64,000 bases of DNA from Myxococcales bacterium (GTDB lineage Bacteria; Myxococcota_A; Polyangia; Palsa-1104), in contig JAQBQH010000154.1 in the NCBI GenBank assembly GCA_028287105.1, positions 28,095-92,094 on the forward strand, read 5' to 3'. How positions within the stretch are numbered: position 1 is the stretch's first letter; each line of letters opens with the position of its first letter. A model generated the notes under the pieces. The model ran no database searches. It saw only the letters and a list, made by a program, of their open reading frames with translations, and was not told the origin of the DNA. Below, piece after piece: positions 47,391 to 57,984 of the stretch. Made by a program: the position numbers and the translations under genes.

Positions 47391-49210
47391 GACTGCGCCT
47401 CCCGCGCGACGACCTGCGGCTTCAGATGCGCGGTCACGCCCGAAACGATGTGGTGGCTCGACATCGGGAAGCCGCCGTAATAGCGGATCGACTTCAGCTT
47501 CTCGACGGGAATGCCGGTCTCGATCTGGATCATCGTGCGCAGCTGTCCGTCGCGGTTCGACTCGACGATGAACACCGAGTCGTGCGCGTCGATGAAGTCG
47601 CGCACCGACTTCGCGAACGGGAAGGCGCGCACGCGCAGGTAGTCGACGCCGATGCCCTGACGTCCCAGGTCCTCGAGCGCTTCGCGACACGCGCCGTCGT
47701 TCGACCCGACGGTGATGATGCCGAGCTTGTGCCCCTTGCCGATGATGACCGGCTGCGGCAACGCCTCCGCCGCGCTGTTGATCTTGCGCGCGATGCGGTC
47801 CACGACCTCGACGTACTCGCCGCCGTCCTCGGTGTAGCCGCCGAGCTTGTTGTGGCCGGAGCCGCGCGTGAAGTAGGCGCCCTTGGCGCTGGTCCCCGGC
47901 AGCGTGCGCGCCGCGATGCCGTCGCCGTCGACGTCGAGGTAGCGATGGAACGCCTGCATCTTGTCGAGCTCGGCCGCGGTGAAGACCTTGCCGCGATCGG
48001 GACGATAGGCGTCGTCCCAGGTGAGCTCCTTGACCATCCAGTCGTTCATGCCGATGTCGAGATCAGACAGCACGAACACCGGCGTCTGGAAGCGATCGGC
48101 CGCGTCGAACGCCTGCACCGCGAGGTGGAAGCACTCCTCGGGATTGGCCGGGAAGATGACGAGGTGCTTGGTATCGCCGTGCGACGCATACGCGCACAGC
48201 ATGAGGTCGCCCTGCTGCGTGCGGGTCGGCATCCCCGTCGACGGACCGGTGCGCTGCACGTCGAAGATGACCGCCGGAATCTCCGCGTAGTAGGCGAGCC
48301 CGATGAACTCCGACATGAGCGAGATGCCGGGGCCGCTGGTCGGCGTGAACGAGCGCGCGCCCATCCACGACGCGCCGATGACCATGCCGATGGCGGACAG
48401 CTCGTCTTCCGCCTGCAAAATCGCGTAGCGCTTGGTTCCGTCGGGGTTCTCGCGGAACTGCTGGCAGAACGACTTGAACCCCTCCATCAGCGACGTGGCC
48501 GGCGTGATCGGATACCACGCGCCCACCGTCGCGCCGGCATACACGCAGCCGAGCGCCGCCGCGGTGTTGCCGTCGATCAAGATGTGGCCCGCGGTCTTGT
48601 CCATCTTCGCCAGCCGAATCGGCAGCGGACACGAGAAGTGCTTCTTGGCGTAATCGAACCCGAGCGCCAGCGCCTTTTCGTTCGACGCCAGCAGCGCCGC
48701 CTTCCGCCCGTAGGTCGCCTTGATGAGCTCGGCGATGATCTCCATGTCGAGATCGAGCAGCGCCGCCAGCGCCCCGGCGTAGGCGATGTTCTTCATGAGG
48801 ATGCGCTCGCGCCCGCCGGCGAACGCTTCGTTCACCATGTGCGCCAGCGGAATGCCGAGGATGGTCACATCCTCGCGCATCAGCTCCGCCGCCAGCGGCC
48901 AGGTCGAGTCATACAAGAGCCAGCCGCCCGAGCGCACCTCGGCCACGTCCTTCTTGTAGGTCGCCGGATTGAGCGCGACGAACAGATCGAAGTCGGGCGT
49001 GCGGGCGGTGTGGCCGTCCTTGTTGACGCGGATCTCGTACCACGTCGGCAGTCCCTGGATGTTCGACGGGAACACATTCTTCCCCGACACCGGAATGCCC
49101 ATGCGGAAGATCGCCTGCATGATGAGGCCGTTCGCGCTCGCGGATCCCGACCCGTTGGGAGTCGCGATCTTGAAAGCGAAGGCGTTGACGCGTTCTGGGA
49201 AGTTGATCAC
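47387..49210 (-). CDS. korA: 2-oxoacid:ferredoxin oxidoreductase alpha subunit with fused gamma-like N-domain
   Basis: Start (GTG) MINFPERVNAFAFKIATPNGSG (gamma/POR_C-like), followed by the alpha domain (GNTAAALGCVYAGATVGAWYPITP). The track ORF's N-terminal extension is antisense overlap with the upstream gene. Confidence 0.85.
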   Translation of the reverse strand: MINFPERVNAFAFKIATPNGSGSASANGLIMQAIFRMGIPVSGKNVFPSNIQGLPTWYEIRVNKDGHTARTPDFDLFVALNPATYKKDVAEVRSGGWLLYDSTWPLAAELMREDVTILGIPLAHMVNEAFAGGRERILMKNIAYAGALAALLDLDMEIIAELIKATYGRKAALLASNEKALALGFDYAKKHFSCPLPIRLAKMDKTAGHILIDGNTAAALGCVYAGATVGAWYPITPATSLMEGFKSFCQQFRENPDGTKRYAILQAEDELSAIGMVIGASWMGARSFTPTSGPGISLMSEFIGLAYYAEIPAVIFDVQRTGPSTGMPTRTQQGDLMLCAYASHGDTKHLVIFPANPEECFHLAVQAFDAADRFQTPVFVLSDLDIGMNDWMVKELTWDDAYRPDRGKVFTAAELDKMQAFHRYLDVDGDGIAARTLPGTSAKGAYFTRGSGHNKLGGYTEDGGEYVEVVDRIARKINSAAEALPQPVIIGKGHKLGIITVGSNDGACREALEDLGRQGIGVDYLRVRAFPFAKSVRDFIDAHDSVFIVESNRDGQLRTMIQIETGIPVEKLKSIRYYGGFPMSSHHIVSGVTAHLKPQVVAREAQS

Positions 49211-49221
49211 GTTGTTTCCTG

Positions 49222-51003
49222 TTACTTGCTGCACGACTGTTTCTCGCCTGCGTGGGGATGGAACAGCTCGAACTTCACCATGTCCCACGCATGCGTGGGG
49301 CAACGCTCGGCGCAGAGGCCGCAGTGCAGGCAGACGTCCTCGTCTTTGACCATGACGCGGCCGGTCTGCTTGAGATCGAACGACAGGAACAGCTCCTGCT
49401 TCTGATTCTTCGCCGGCGCGAGCAGCCGCGTGCGCAGCTCCGGCTCCTCGCCGTTCTTGGTGATCGTCAGGCAGTCCATCGGGCAGACGTCGATACACGC
49501 GTCGCACTCGATGCACGCCTTGGTCACGAAGCCGGTCTGGATGTCACAGTTGAGGCAGCGCTCGACCTCGGCCTTGGTCTGCTCGATCGAGAAGCCGAGC
49601 TCCACTTCCATCGTCAAGCTGGTGAGGCGCTTGGTCAGATCGACGTGCTCCATCTTGGCGCGCGCCGCGCCCGAGTAGTCGTTGGAGTACGACCACTCGT
49701 GCAGCCCCATCTTCGTCGACGACAGGTTCTGCCCCTGCTTCGGGCGATCGGTCACCGCCACGCCCTGGCAGTGGTTGTGGATCGAGATGGCCGCCTGGTG
49801 CCCATGCTCGACGGCCCAGATGATGTTCTCCGGTCCCCACGCCGCGTCGCCGCCGAAGAACACGCCCGGCCGCGTCGACATGAACGTCGCCTTGTCGACG
49901 ACCGGCATGTTGTCTTTGAACTCGAGCCCGATGTCGCGCTCGATCCAGGGGAACGCGTTCTCCTGACCGATGGCGAGAACGACCACGTCGGCCGGCAGGA
50001 TGATGTTGTCGATCTTCTCCTGCCTGAGCTTGCCGTCCTTCTCGACCGACTTGAAGCGCTCGAACTCCATGCCGCTGAGCTTGCCGTCCTCGTAGACGAA
50101 GCGCACCGGCGAGAGGTCCTCGAGGATGTCGACCTTCTCCTCTTCGGCGTCCTCGAGCTCCCACGGCGACGCCTTGAAGTACTTGCGCGGCTTTCGACCG
50201 ATGACCTTGACGCTGGTGGCGCCGAGGCGCTTGGCCGAGCGGCAGCAGTCCATGGCGGTGTTGCCGACGCCGATGATGAGCACCGTCGGCTCGACCTTGG
50301 TCGTGTGGCCGAAGTGGATCGACTCGAGCCAGTCGATGCCGATGAAGATCTTGTCCGAGTCGTAGCGCCCGGGGACGTCGAGGTTCTTGCCGCGCGGCGC
50401 GCCCGAGCCGACGAACACCGCGTCGAAGCCGCCGTCGTCGAGCAGCTTCTTCAGGCTGGCGACCGGCGTCGAGTAGCGGATGTCGACGCCCATGTTGATG
50501 ATGTAGCCGCACTCCTCGTCGAGCACCTTGGCCGGCAGGCGGAACGACGGGATGTTGGTGCGCATGAGACCACCCGGACGATCGAGCTTCTCGAAGATCG
50601 TGACGTGATAGCCGAGCGGCACCAGATCGTTGGCGACCGTGAGCGACGCCGGGCCGGCGCCGATGAGCGCCACACGCTTGCCGTTCTTCTGCGTGGGCGC
50701 GGTCGGCAGGTACGGCGTCACGTCGTCGCGATAATCGGCGGCGACGCGCTTGAGCCTGCAGATGGCGACCGGCTTACCGTCGACGCGACCGCGGCGACAC
50801 GCGGGCTCGCACGGACGATCGCAGGTACGGCCGAGGATTCCCGGAAACACGTTGCTCTTGCGATTCAACATGTACGATTCGGTGAATCGCCCTTGAGCGA
50901 TCAACCGGATGTATTCCGGAATATTGGTGTGCGCCGGACAAGCCCACTGGCAGTCGACGACCTTGTGGAAGTAGCGCGGGTCCGAAACGTCCGTGGGCTG
51001 CAT
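49222..51003 (-). CDS. GltD-like (glutamate-synthase small-chain fold) NAD(P)H flavoprotein with C-terminal 2x[4Fe-4S] ferredoxin domains
   Basis: AAGGAG RBS. N-terminal Cys cluster. FAD/NAD Rossmann motifs VALIGAGPASL and VLIIGVGNTAMD. C-terminal CIECDACIDVCP and CLHCGLCAERCP. Confidence 0.8.
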   Translation of the reverse strand: MQPTDVSDPRYFHKVVDCQWACPAHTNIPEYIRLIAQGRFTESYMLNRKSNVFPGILGRTCDRPCEPACRRGRVDGKPVAICRLKRVAADYRDDVTPYLPTAPTQKNGKRVALIGAGPASLTVANDLVPLGYHVTIFEKLDRPGGLMRTNIPSFRLPAKVLDEECGYIINMGVDIRYSTPVASLKKLLDDGGFDAVFVGSGAPRGKNLDVPGRYDSDKIFIGIDWLESIHFGHTTKVEPTVLIIGVGNTAMDCCRSAKRLGATSVKVIGRKPRKYFKASPWELEDAEEEKVDILEDLSPVRFVYEDGKLSGMEFERFKSVEKDGKLRQEKIDNIILPADVVVLAIGQENAFPWIERDIGLEFKDNMPVVDKATFMSTRPGVFFGGDAAWGPENIIWAVEHGHQAAISIHNHCQGVAVTDRPKQGQNLSSTKMGLHEWSYSNDYSGAARAKMEHVDLTKRLTSLTMEVELGFSIEQTKAEVERCLNCDIQTGFVTKACIECDACIDVCPMDCLTITKNGEEPELRTRLLAPAKNQKQELFLSFDLKQTGRVMVKDEDVCLHCGLCAERCPTHAWDMVKFELFHPHAGEKQSCSK

Positions 51004-51083
51004 CGGCTCCTTCTAAGAGAAGTGCCCGCATATACTAATGATCGACGGACGCCGCGTCCACCCTGGTTTGCGAGAGCCGGGCG

Positions 51084-52205
51084 CTACGGAAAGACGTAGC
51101 GCGTCACGGTAAGACCGTTGTCACCGCCGGCCATGACGAAGACGGTGCCGTCGTCGTCGACGGTGACGGGCCGGAAGCTCTCGTCCGCCGCCGGGAGCGG
51201 TGGAGTTTCCAAAACGCCGCGAGGAGCGCCGCCGCCGCCCAGGCGGGCGATGACCAGCTTCTCGTCGACGAGCGCGTAGGGCGGCGTGGGCGCCTCGTGG
51301 CCGACGTCGACGGCGAGGTAGATCATGCCGCGGCGATCGGAGTCGAGCGCCACGATGTGGACGATCGGCGCGCCGAGCCGGATGGCCTGCTCCCACGCGG
51401 GCAACCCAGTGGAGCGATCGACCGCGCGCACCACCACGTCACCGGTGGAGCGATCGCCGATGGCCGCCGCCAGGAGCAGGCGGCCGTCGCGCGAGGGGCG
51501 CCCGAGCAGCTCGGGCCGGGCCGGATCGGCCCGACCACTGGCGTCGGCGATGCGCACCACGCTCTCGTGATCGCGCTCGACGTAGATGCCGTCGTCGTCG
51601 GTGAAGAGGCCGGTGACGCCCCCGTTGTCGGTGACGCCCTTGCCGCCGAGTGACAGGGTGTCGAGCAATTTGCCGTCGGGGCCGTAGCTCTGCACGTTAC
51701 CGTCGGCGAGGCGGTCGAGCACCAGGAGGCGCCCGTCCCTGGTCAGCGTCAGATCCTGCACCGTGTCGCCGCCGAGATCGACGGTGCCGCTGAGCTTGCC
51801 GTTCTTGTAGCGCAGGATGCGGCGGTTGACCTGATCGACGACCGCGAGCTGGCCGGCGGGACCGGCCGCTACCGCCATCGGCGCTTCCGGATTCGACTCC
51901 GGATCGCGACGCCGTCCGAACTGGCCCGGCGCCCCGCCCCACGCGCCCTGGACCACGACGGTACCGGCGGCGCTGGTGCGCGCTGCCGTCGGCAGCATCG
52001 GCCCCGCCGGTGGGGTAGGGACCTCGCTCGCCGCCGCCGTCGCCGGCGCCCCCGATTGACCGGGGGAGCCGGGGACCGTCGACGGCGGCGCCGAAGAGCG
52101 CACGCTCGCGCCGCGAAGCGCGAAGCCGACCAAGAGGGTCGCAATCAGGAGCGCACCCACCACGAGCCCGCGCTGCCAACTGAACACGGAAGAGAGCGCC
52201 TTCAT
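51084..52205 (-). CDS. Membrane-anchored hypothetical protein, possible beta-propeller
   Basis: N-terminal TM LVVGALLIATLLVGFAL, a Pro-rich linker, then repeated DG-containing beta segments. It lies 1 nt downstream of the SH3b/CHAP lipoprotein gene. Confidence 0.5.
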   Translation of the reverse strand: MKALSSVFSWQRGLVVGALLIATLLVGFALRGASVRSSAPPSTVPGSPGQSGAPATAAASEVPTPPAGPMLPTAARTSAAGTVVVQGAWGGAPGQFGRRRDPESNPEAPMAVAAGPAGQLAVVDQVNRRILRYKNGKLSGTVDLGGDTVQDLTLTRDGRLLVLDRLADGNVQSYGPDGKLLDTLSLGGKGVTDNGGVTGLFTDDDGIYVERDHESVVRIADASGRADPARPELLGRPSRDGRLLLAAAIGDRSTGDVVVRAVDRSTGLPAWEQAIRLGAPIVHIVALDSDRRGMIYLAVDVGHEAPTPPYALVDEKLVIARLGGGGAPRGVLETPPLPAADESFRPVTVDDDGTVFVMAGGDNGLTVTRYVFP

Positions 52206-52206
52206 C

Positions 52207-53031
52207 TCAATAGCCGTCGCGCCGGATGACCTTGTAGGCCGACGACGCCATGCGCGTGTCGTGCTGGATGCCGTACGAGCAGCCCTTGGCCTCGTACACC
52301 TTCATCCAGCCCCAGCGATCGCCGGAGTCATAGATGAAGATGTGGCCCGAGCCGGCCGAGTGATGCACGAACGCGTCGCCGCGCTTGGCGCTCGAGCGCG
52401 CCACGTTTCCCCAGTGCTGGCTCTCGTTGTAGAAGTTGTACGTCGAGTACGGATGCGAGCAGCTCGACACCGCCGCCGCGCCCGGGACCTGCCACACCTT
52501 GGCGACGTAACCGGAGCAGTCGGCGCCCCACGTTCCCGAGTGCGAGCAGTTGGGGCACGAGCCGTAGCAGGCGCCGTGTGCCGACGAGCCCGGGCTCCAG
52601 CAGCCGCCGCCCCAATGATACGAGAAGCCGACGCCGGACTGCGCGCGCGCGATGGCGTTGTCGACCGCCGAGCTGCCGCCGGGCGAGCCGCCGCCGCCGA
52701 CGTCGGGCGTGAGATAGAGGCCCGAGCACCAGCCGACGTGGCCGGCGTAGCTGACCTTGTACCAGCCGCCCGAGGCGCCCTGCACGCTGACGGTCGCGCC
52801 GTGCGGCATCGTGACGATGACGGCGTGCGCGGTCGACGCGCCGGTGCGCAGGTTCAGCCCGTCGGTGGCCGTGACCTTCGCGTTCTTGCCGACGACGGCG
52901 CTGTCGAGCTGCACCTCGGTCGTGTTCTCTTGCGAGTCCCCCTCTCCGTCCTGTGCGTTGGAAACCTGGCCGGCGCCGCAGCCTGCGAGCAGCAGCGCCA
53001 GCATGAAGTGCCTCGTTCCGTGGATTCGCAT
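52207..53031 (-). CDS. SH3b domain plus CHAP/NlpC-P60-like cysteine-peptidase lipoprotein (putative cell-wall hydrolase)
   Basis: Lipobox LLLAGCG. SH3b-like GWYKVSYAGHVGWCSGLYL. Papain-like Cys (GADCSGYV) with downstream His residues. The upstream part of track ORF 52207..53871 is rejected. Confidence 0.6.
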   Translation of the reverse strand: MRIHGTRHFMLALLLAGCGAGQVSNAQDGEGDSQENTTEVQLDSAVVGKNAKVTATDGLNLRTGASTAHAVIVTMPHGATVSVQGASGGWYKVSYAGHVGWCSGLYLTPDVGGGGSPGGSSAVDNAIARAQSGVGFSYHWGGGCWSPGSSAHGACYGSCPNCSHSGTWGADCSGYVAKVWQVPGAAAVSSCSHPYSTYNFYNESQHWGNVARSSAKRGDAFVHHSAGSGHIFIYDSGDRWGWMKVYEAKGCSYGIQHDTRMASSAYKVIRRDGY

Positions 53032-53151
53032 GCGGGCGCCCATTTGCCAGCGGCGTGCCGACGGTAACTGCCGCAAATGCACGGGTAGGTCGAGGTCGTA
53101 TGCGATCGATCGTTCGCAAGACTGCGGTCGATCGTTTGCTATGCTCGCAGC

Positions 53152-54327
53152 GTGAAACGCATCGCGTATTTGATTGCGCTCGCGTCGATGGGCTGCGGCT
53201 CGAGCGGCTCGAACGGCGCGGGCGACAGCGACCTGGCCGTGAACAGCGACGGTGGCAGCCTCGACGATCTGGCGAGCGGGTCCGGCGATCTGGCGCCGCC
53301 CGATCTTTTGCCTCCGCCGCCGTCGTGGGTCTACGTCAGCGGCAACAGCGCGACCATCACGCGCTACACGCTCGATCTGCAGAGCGGCGCGCTGACGCAA
53401 AAAGGCACCACGACGACGACGGGGCAGACCTCGTTTCTCGCCATCGATGCGCCGCGCCGCCACCTCTTTGCCGTCGACGAGCAGAACAGCAAAGTCGAGG
53501 CGTTCACCGTCGATGCGTCGACAGGGGCGCTCACCCACGTGGGCACCGATCCCGGCTCGGGCGGCACGGGCCCGGCGCACCTCGCCGTCGACGCCACCGG
53601 CAAGTGGGTGCTCACCGCCAACTACGGCTCCGGCGACGTGGCGGTGCTCGCCGTCGCCGCCGACGGCTCGCTCGGCGCGCCGACCGCCCTGGCAACTGCG
53701 CCCGGAGCCAACGCCCATCAGATCCTGCTCGACCGAACCAATGCGTTCGCCTGGGTCCCGTGTCTCGGGTCGAGCCACATCGCGCAGTTCACCTTCGACG
53801 CGGCGACCGGAGTGCTGGCGCCGCACATGCCCGTCAACGTGATGACCGCGAGCGGTGGCGGCCCGCGCCATCTGGCGCTCACGCCGGATGGAAAGTTCGC
53901 CTATCTAATGGAAGAGACGGCCAGCACGATGAGCAACTACAGCGTCGACGCCGGTGGAAACCTCGTCGTGGCCGGGCAGCGGTTGAGCACGCGCGCGCCC
54001 AACCCGACCGGCACCAACAGCGGCGCCGAGGTGCAGGTCCACCCGTCGGGGAAGTTCCTCTACGGCTCCAATCGCGGCGACAACGACATCGTGCTCTTCG
54101 CGCTCGCCAGCGACGGCAGCATGACCTATGTGGCCAACAAGTCGACCGGCGGGCAGACGCCGCGCCACTTCTCGATCGACCCCGGCGGCAAGTGGCTCCT
54201 CGTCGGCAACCAGGGCTCCAACGACGTGCGCGTCTTCGCCATCGACGGCACCGCCGGCACGCTGACCCCCGTGGGAACGCCGATGACGGTGACGGCTCCG
54301 ACCTTCGTCGGCATCACCTCGTTCTAG
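53152..54327 (+). CDS. Lactonase family beta-propeller lipoprotein (6-phosphogluconolactonase-like)
   Basis: GTG start. Lipobox ALASMGCG. Repeating blades of the pattern ...HLAVDATGKWVLTANYGSGDVAVL... typical of the 7-bladed lactonase family. Confidence 0.7.
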   Translation: MKRIAYLIALASMGCGSSGSNGAGDSDLAVNSDGGSLDDLASGSGDLAPPDLLPPPPSWVYVSGNSATITRYTLDLQSGALTQKGTTTTTGQTSFLAIDAPRRHLFAVDEQNSKVEAFTVDASTGALTHVGTDPGSGGTGPAHLAVDATGKWVLTANYGSGDVAVLAVAADGSLGAPTALATAPGANAHQILLDRTNAFAWVPCLGSSHIAQFTFDAATGVLAPHMPVNVMTASGGGPRHLALTPDGKFAYLMEETASTMSNYSVDAGGNLVVAGQRLSTRAPNPTGTNSGAEVQVHPSGKFLYGSNRGDNDIVLFALASDGSMTYVANKSTGGQTPRHFSIDPGGKWLLVGNQGSNDVRVFAIDGTAGTLTPVGTPMTVTAPTFVGITSF

Positions 54328-54381
54328 TCGCCATCGTCGCGTAGCGCATCGACCGGGCGTTTGGTATACGTTCGCCCTTCC

Positions 54382-56439
54382 ATGAGCGGCAAAGAGACAC
54401 CGGCCACGACGGCGCCGAGCAACTTCATTCGCGAGCGCATCCTCGAGGATCAGGCCTCGGGGAAGTTCCAGGGGCGCGTCGCGACGCGCTTTCCGCCCGA
54501 GCCCAACGGCTACCTCCACATCGGCCACGCCAAGGCGATCTGGGTCGACTTCGGGCTGGCGAAGGAGTTCGGCGGCACCTGCAACCTGCGCTTCGACGAC
54601 ACCAACCCGACCACCGAAGATGTCGAGTACGTCGACGCCATCCAGCACGACATCCGCTGGCTCGGATACGAGTGGTCGAGCCTCCATTTCGCGTCCGACT
54701 ACTTCGAGGAGCTCTATCAGCTCGCCGAGAAGCTGATCCAAAAGGGCGATGCCTACGTCGACAGCCTCGACGCCGAGCAGATCCGCGAGTACCGCGGCGA
54801 CTACTACAAGAAGGGGAAGGCGAGCCCCTATCGCGACCGCTCCGTCGCCGAGAACCTCGAGCTGTTCCGCGGCATGCGCGCGGGCAAGTTCAAGGAGGGC
54901 GAGCACGTCCTGCGCGCCAAGATCGATCTCGAGACGCAGAACATGAACCTGCGCGATCCGATCTTGTATCGCATCCGCTACGCGCACCATCACCGTACCG
55001 GCGACAAGTGGTGCATCTATCCGCTCTACGATTTTGCGCACCCGCTGTCGGACGCGAGCGAGAAGATCACCCACTCGATCTGCACGCTCGAGTTCGAGTC
55101 GCACCGCCCGCTCTACGACTGGTGCATCGGCGAGGCCGAGGTCTTCCCGTCGCAGCAGATCGAGTTCGCGCGGCTGAACCTGACCTACACCATCATGTCG
55201 AAGCGGAAGTTCATCGAGCTGGTCGACAAGAAGATCGTCGACGGCTGGGATGACCCGCGCATGCCGACGCTGGCGGGCATGCGGCGGCGCGGTTACACGC
55301 CCAAGGCGATCCGCAACCTGTGCGAGCGCACCGGCGTGGCCAAGGCCAACTCGACCGTCGACGTCGGGCTCCTCGAGCACTGCCTGCGCGAAGATCTCAA
55401 CGCCAGCGCCAAGCGCGTCATGGCGGTGTTGAAGCCGCTCAAGGTGGTCATCGAGAACTTCCCCGAGGGCCAGACGCGGGAGCTCGAGGCGCCGCTTCAT
55501 CCCGACGACGCGACGCGCGGCACGCGCAAGCTGCCCTTCTCGCGCGTGGTCTACATCGAGCAGGACGACTTCCGCGAAGATCCGCCCAAGGAGTTCTTCC
55601 GCCTGGCGCCGGGCAAGGAGGTGCGGCTGCGCTACGCGTGCCTGCTCACCTGCACCGACGTCATCAAGGACGCGAACGGCGAGGTGGTCGAGCTGCGCTG
55701 CAAGATGGACCCCGAGTCGTGGGGCGGGACCTCGCCCGACGGCCGCGTGGTGCGCGGCACCTTGCACTGGGTCTCGGCGGCGCACGCCGTCGACGCCGAG
55801 GTGCGCCTGTACGACCGACTGTTCGCGGTCGAGTTTCCCGGCACCACCGAGGGCAAATCGTTCCTCGAGGAGATCAATCCGCACTCGCTCGTGCGCGTGC
55901 AGGCCAAGCTCGAGCCGTGGCTGGCGACGGCGCCGCGCGGCGAGACGGTGCAGTTCGAACGGCTCGGATATTTCCGCCACGACGAGGCGGGCGGCTGGAA
56001 TCGCGCCGTCACGTTGAAAGACACGTGGGCCAAGATCGAGAAGAAGCTGCCGGCCCCGCCGCCCAAGAAATCGGAGAAGAAGAAAGTGGAGACGACAACG
56101 CCGGCCGCGCCCGCCAACGCGAGCGAGATTGGCATCGAAGAGTTTGCGAAAGTGGACCTGCGCGTCGGCCTCGTCAAAGAGGCGGGCCTCGTCGAAGGCG
56201 CCGATAAGCTGATCCGCGTCGTCGTCGATCTCGGCGAAGGGCGCGACCGGCAGATCTTCGCCGGGCTGCGCGCGAGCTATCCCGATCCGGCGGTGCTCGT
56301 CGGACAGCGCGTGGTCGTCGTCGCCAACTTGAAGCCGCGCCAGATGAAGTTCGGCCTGTCCGAGGGGATGATCCTCGCCGCCGGCAAGATGGTGCTCGCC
56401 GCCGACGCGTCGGCCAAGCCGGGCGACAAAGTCTCGTGA
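54382..56439 (+). CDS. glnS: Glutaminyl-tRNA synthetase with an appended C-terminal tRNA-binding (EMAP/Trbp111-like) OB domain
   Basis: HIGH (GYLHIGHAK) and KMSKS-like (IMSKR) motifs. There is near-collinear similarity to E. coli GlnRS across the catalytic and anticodon-binding domains. The last ~110 aa ([11 protein letters not shown]...ADKL...[21 protein letters not shown]) form a tRNA_bind OB fold. Confidence 0.85.
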   Translation: MSGKETPATTAPSNFIRERILEDQASGKFQGRVATRFPPEPNGYLHIGHAKAIWVDFGLAKEFGGTCNLRFDDTNPTTEDVEYVDAIQHDIRWLGYEWSSLHFASDYFEELYQLAEKLIQKGDAYVDSLDAEQIREYRGDYYKKGKASPYRDRSVAENLELFRGMRAGKFKEGEHVLRAKIDLETQNMNLRDPILYRIRYAHHHRTGDKWCIYPLYDFAHPLSDASEKITHSICTLEFESHRPLYDWCIGEAEVFPSQQIEFARLNLTYTIMSKRKFIELVDKKIVDGWDDPRMPTLAGMRRRGYTPKAIRNLCERTGVAKANSTVDVGLLEHCLREDLNASAKRVMAVLKPLKVVIENFPEGQTRELEAPLHPDDATRGTRKLPFSRVVYIEQDDFREDPPKEFFRLAPGKEVRLRYACLLTCTDVIKDANGEVVELRCKMDPESWGGTSPDGRVVRGTLHWVSAAHAVDAEVRLYDRLFAVEFPGTTEGKSFLEEINPHSLVRVQAKLEPWLATAPRGETVQFERLGYFRHDEAGGWNRAVTLKDTWAKIEKKLPAPPPKKSEKKKVETTTPAAPANASEIGIEEFAKVDLRVGLVKEAGLVEGADKLIRVVVDLGEGRDRQIFAGLRASYPDPAVLVGQRVVVVANLKPRQMKFGLSEGMILAAGKMVLAADASAKPGDKVS

Positions 56440-57980
56440 CCGTACGCACGCGGTTCGCGCCGTCGCCGACGGGCTTTCTGCACATCGGCGGCGTCCGCAC
56501 CGCCCTCTTCAACTATCTGTTCGCCAAGCAGCAGGGCGGCCGGTACATCTTGCGCATCGACGACACCGACCAGGAGCGCAACGTCGAGTCGGCGCTGGCG
56601 CCCATCCTCCACGGCTTTCGCTGGCTCGGGATCGAGTGGAACGAAGGGCCCGAGGTCGGCGGTCCGCACGCGCCCTACTTCCAGTCCAAGCGCGGCGCGC
56701 GTTACCAGGAGGCGGTCGATGCGCTGCTCGCATCGGGGCACGCCTATCGCGACTACGCGCGGCCCGAGGAGCTCGACGTCGAGCGCAAGGCGGCCGAGGC
56801 CGAGAAGCGACAGTTTCAATATTCCCGTCGCTGGATGGCGTCGAGCGCCGAAGATCGCGCGCGCTTCGAAGGCGAGGGGCGCAAGTGGGTGGTGCGGCTC
56901 AAGATGCCGCGCGAAGGCAAGCTGGTGCTGCCCGACCTGGTCCGCGGCGACGTCGAGTTCCAGTGGGCGCAGGAGGCCGACCACGTCATCCAGCGCGGCG
57001 ACGGCAGCTTCATCTACCACCTGGCCAACGTCGTCGACGATCGCGACTTCGAGATCTCGCACGTCATCCGCGCCGAGGAGCATCTGTCGAACACGCCGCG
57101 GCAGCTGTTCATGGTGCAGGCGCTCGGCTATCCGATGCCGAAGTACGCGCACCTCCCCGTCGTCGCCGAGCCGGGCTCGAAGCGCAAGCTGTCGAAGCGC
57201 AAGCTCGAGCAGTACTTGAAGAACCCCGACTTCAAGAAGGTGCACGACCACGGCACGCAGATCGCGCAGGCGATGAGGCTGACGACGGCGGCCGAGACCT
57301 TCAACCCGGTCATCGTCGACTTCTACGAGCAGGTCGGCTATCTGCCCGACGCCATCGTCAACTACCTCCTGCTGCTCGGCTGGTCGCTCGACGACAAGAC
57401 CGAGTTCTTCACGCGCGACGAGATGGTCAAGAGCTTCTCGCTCGAGCGCGTGCAGGGCGCGCCGGCCAGCTTCGATCCGATGAAGCTGCAGGCGTTCCAG
57501 ATGCGCTACATGCAAGAGCTGCCGCTCGCCGAGAAGGTGGCGCGGGCGCGGCCGTTCGTCGACAAGGCCGGCCTCACCGTCGACGACGCAAAGCTGGCGC
57601 GCGTGGTCGAGGCGCTCGGCGATCGCATCAAGGTGTTCGGTGACATCCTCATCCAGGGCGCCTTCTTCTTCGGCGAAGACGTCAGCTACGACGAGAAGGC
57701 CTGGCAGAAGCGCGTCATGGCGCCGGGCGCGGTCGACAAGCTGGCCGAGTACCGCGGCTGGCTCGCCGGGCGCGAGGCGTTCGACGCGGCGTCGCTCGAC
57801 CGGGACACGCAGGCGTGGCTGGCCGAGCGCGGCTGGGCGCTCGGCGACATCGTTCACGCCGTACGCGTCGCAGCGACCGGCGCCGCCGGGGGACCGGGCC
57901 TCTTCGAGTGCCTCGCGCTCATTGGCAAGGCCACCTGCATTCACCGTCTCGACCGCGCGCTCGCTCGCGCGCGCGGCTGA
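56436..57980 (+). CDS. gltX: Glutamyl-tRNA synthetase
   Basis: GTGA overlap with the glnS stop. [19 protein letters not shown] (HIGH) and LSKRK (KMSKS) motifs. Confidence 0.9.
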   Translation: MTVRTRFAPSPTGFLHIGGVRTALFNYLFAKQQGGRYILRIDDTDQERNVESALAPILHGFRWLGIEWNEGPEVGGPHAPYFQSKRGARYQEAVDALLASGHAYRDYARPEELDVERKAAEAEKRQFQYSRRWMASSAEDRARFEGEGRKWVVRLKMPREGKLVLPDLVRGDVEFQWAQEADHVIQRGDGSFIYHLANVVDDRDFEISHVIRAEEHLSNTPRQLFMVQALGYPMPKYAHLPVVAEPGSKRKLSKRKLEQYLKNPDFKKVHDHGTQIAQAMRLTTAAETFNPVIVDFYEQVGYLPDAIVNYLLLLGWSLDDKTEFFTRDEMVKSFSLERVQGAPASFDPMKLQAFQMRYMQELPLAEKVARARPFVDKAGLTVDDAKLARVVEALGDRIKVFGDILIQGAFFFGEDVSYDEKAWQKRVMAPGAVDKLAEYRGWLAGREAFDAASLDRDTQAWLAERGWALGDIVHAVRVAATGAAGGPGLFECLALIGKATCIHRLDRALARARG

Positions 57981-57984
57981 TCGT

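Noticed and set aside
53905-55980. 691-aa minus ORF antisense to glnS, and 55320..56207 + ORF
   Set aside because: The glnS frame is unambiguous (HIGH and KMSKS motifs, alignment to E. coli GlnRS).
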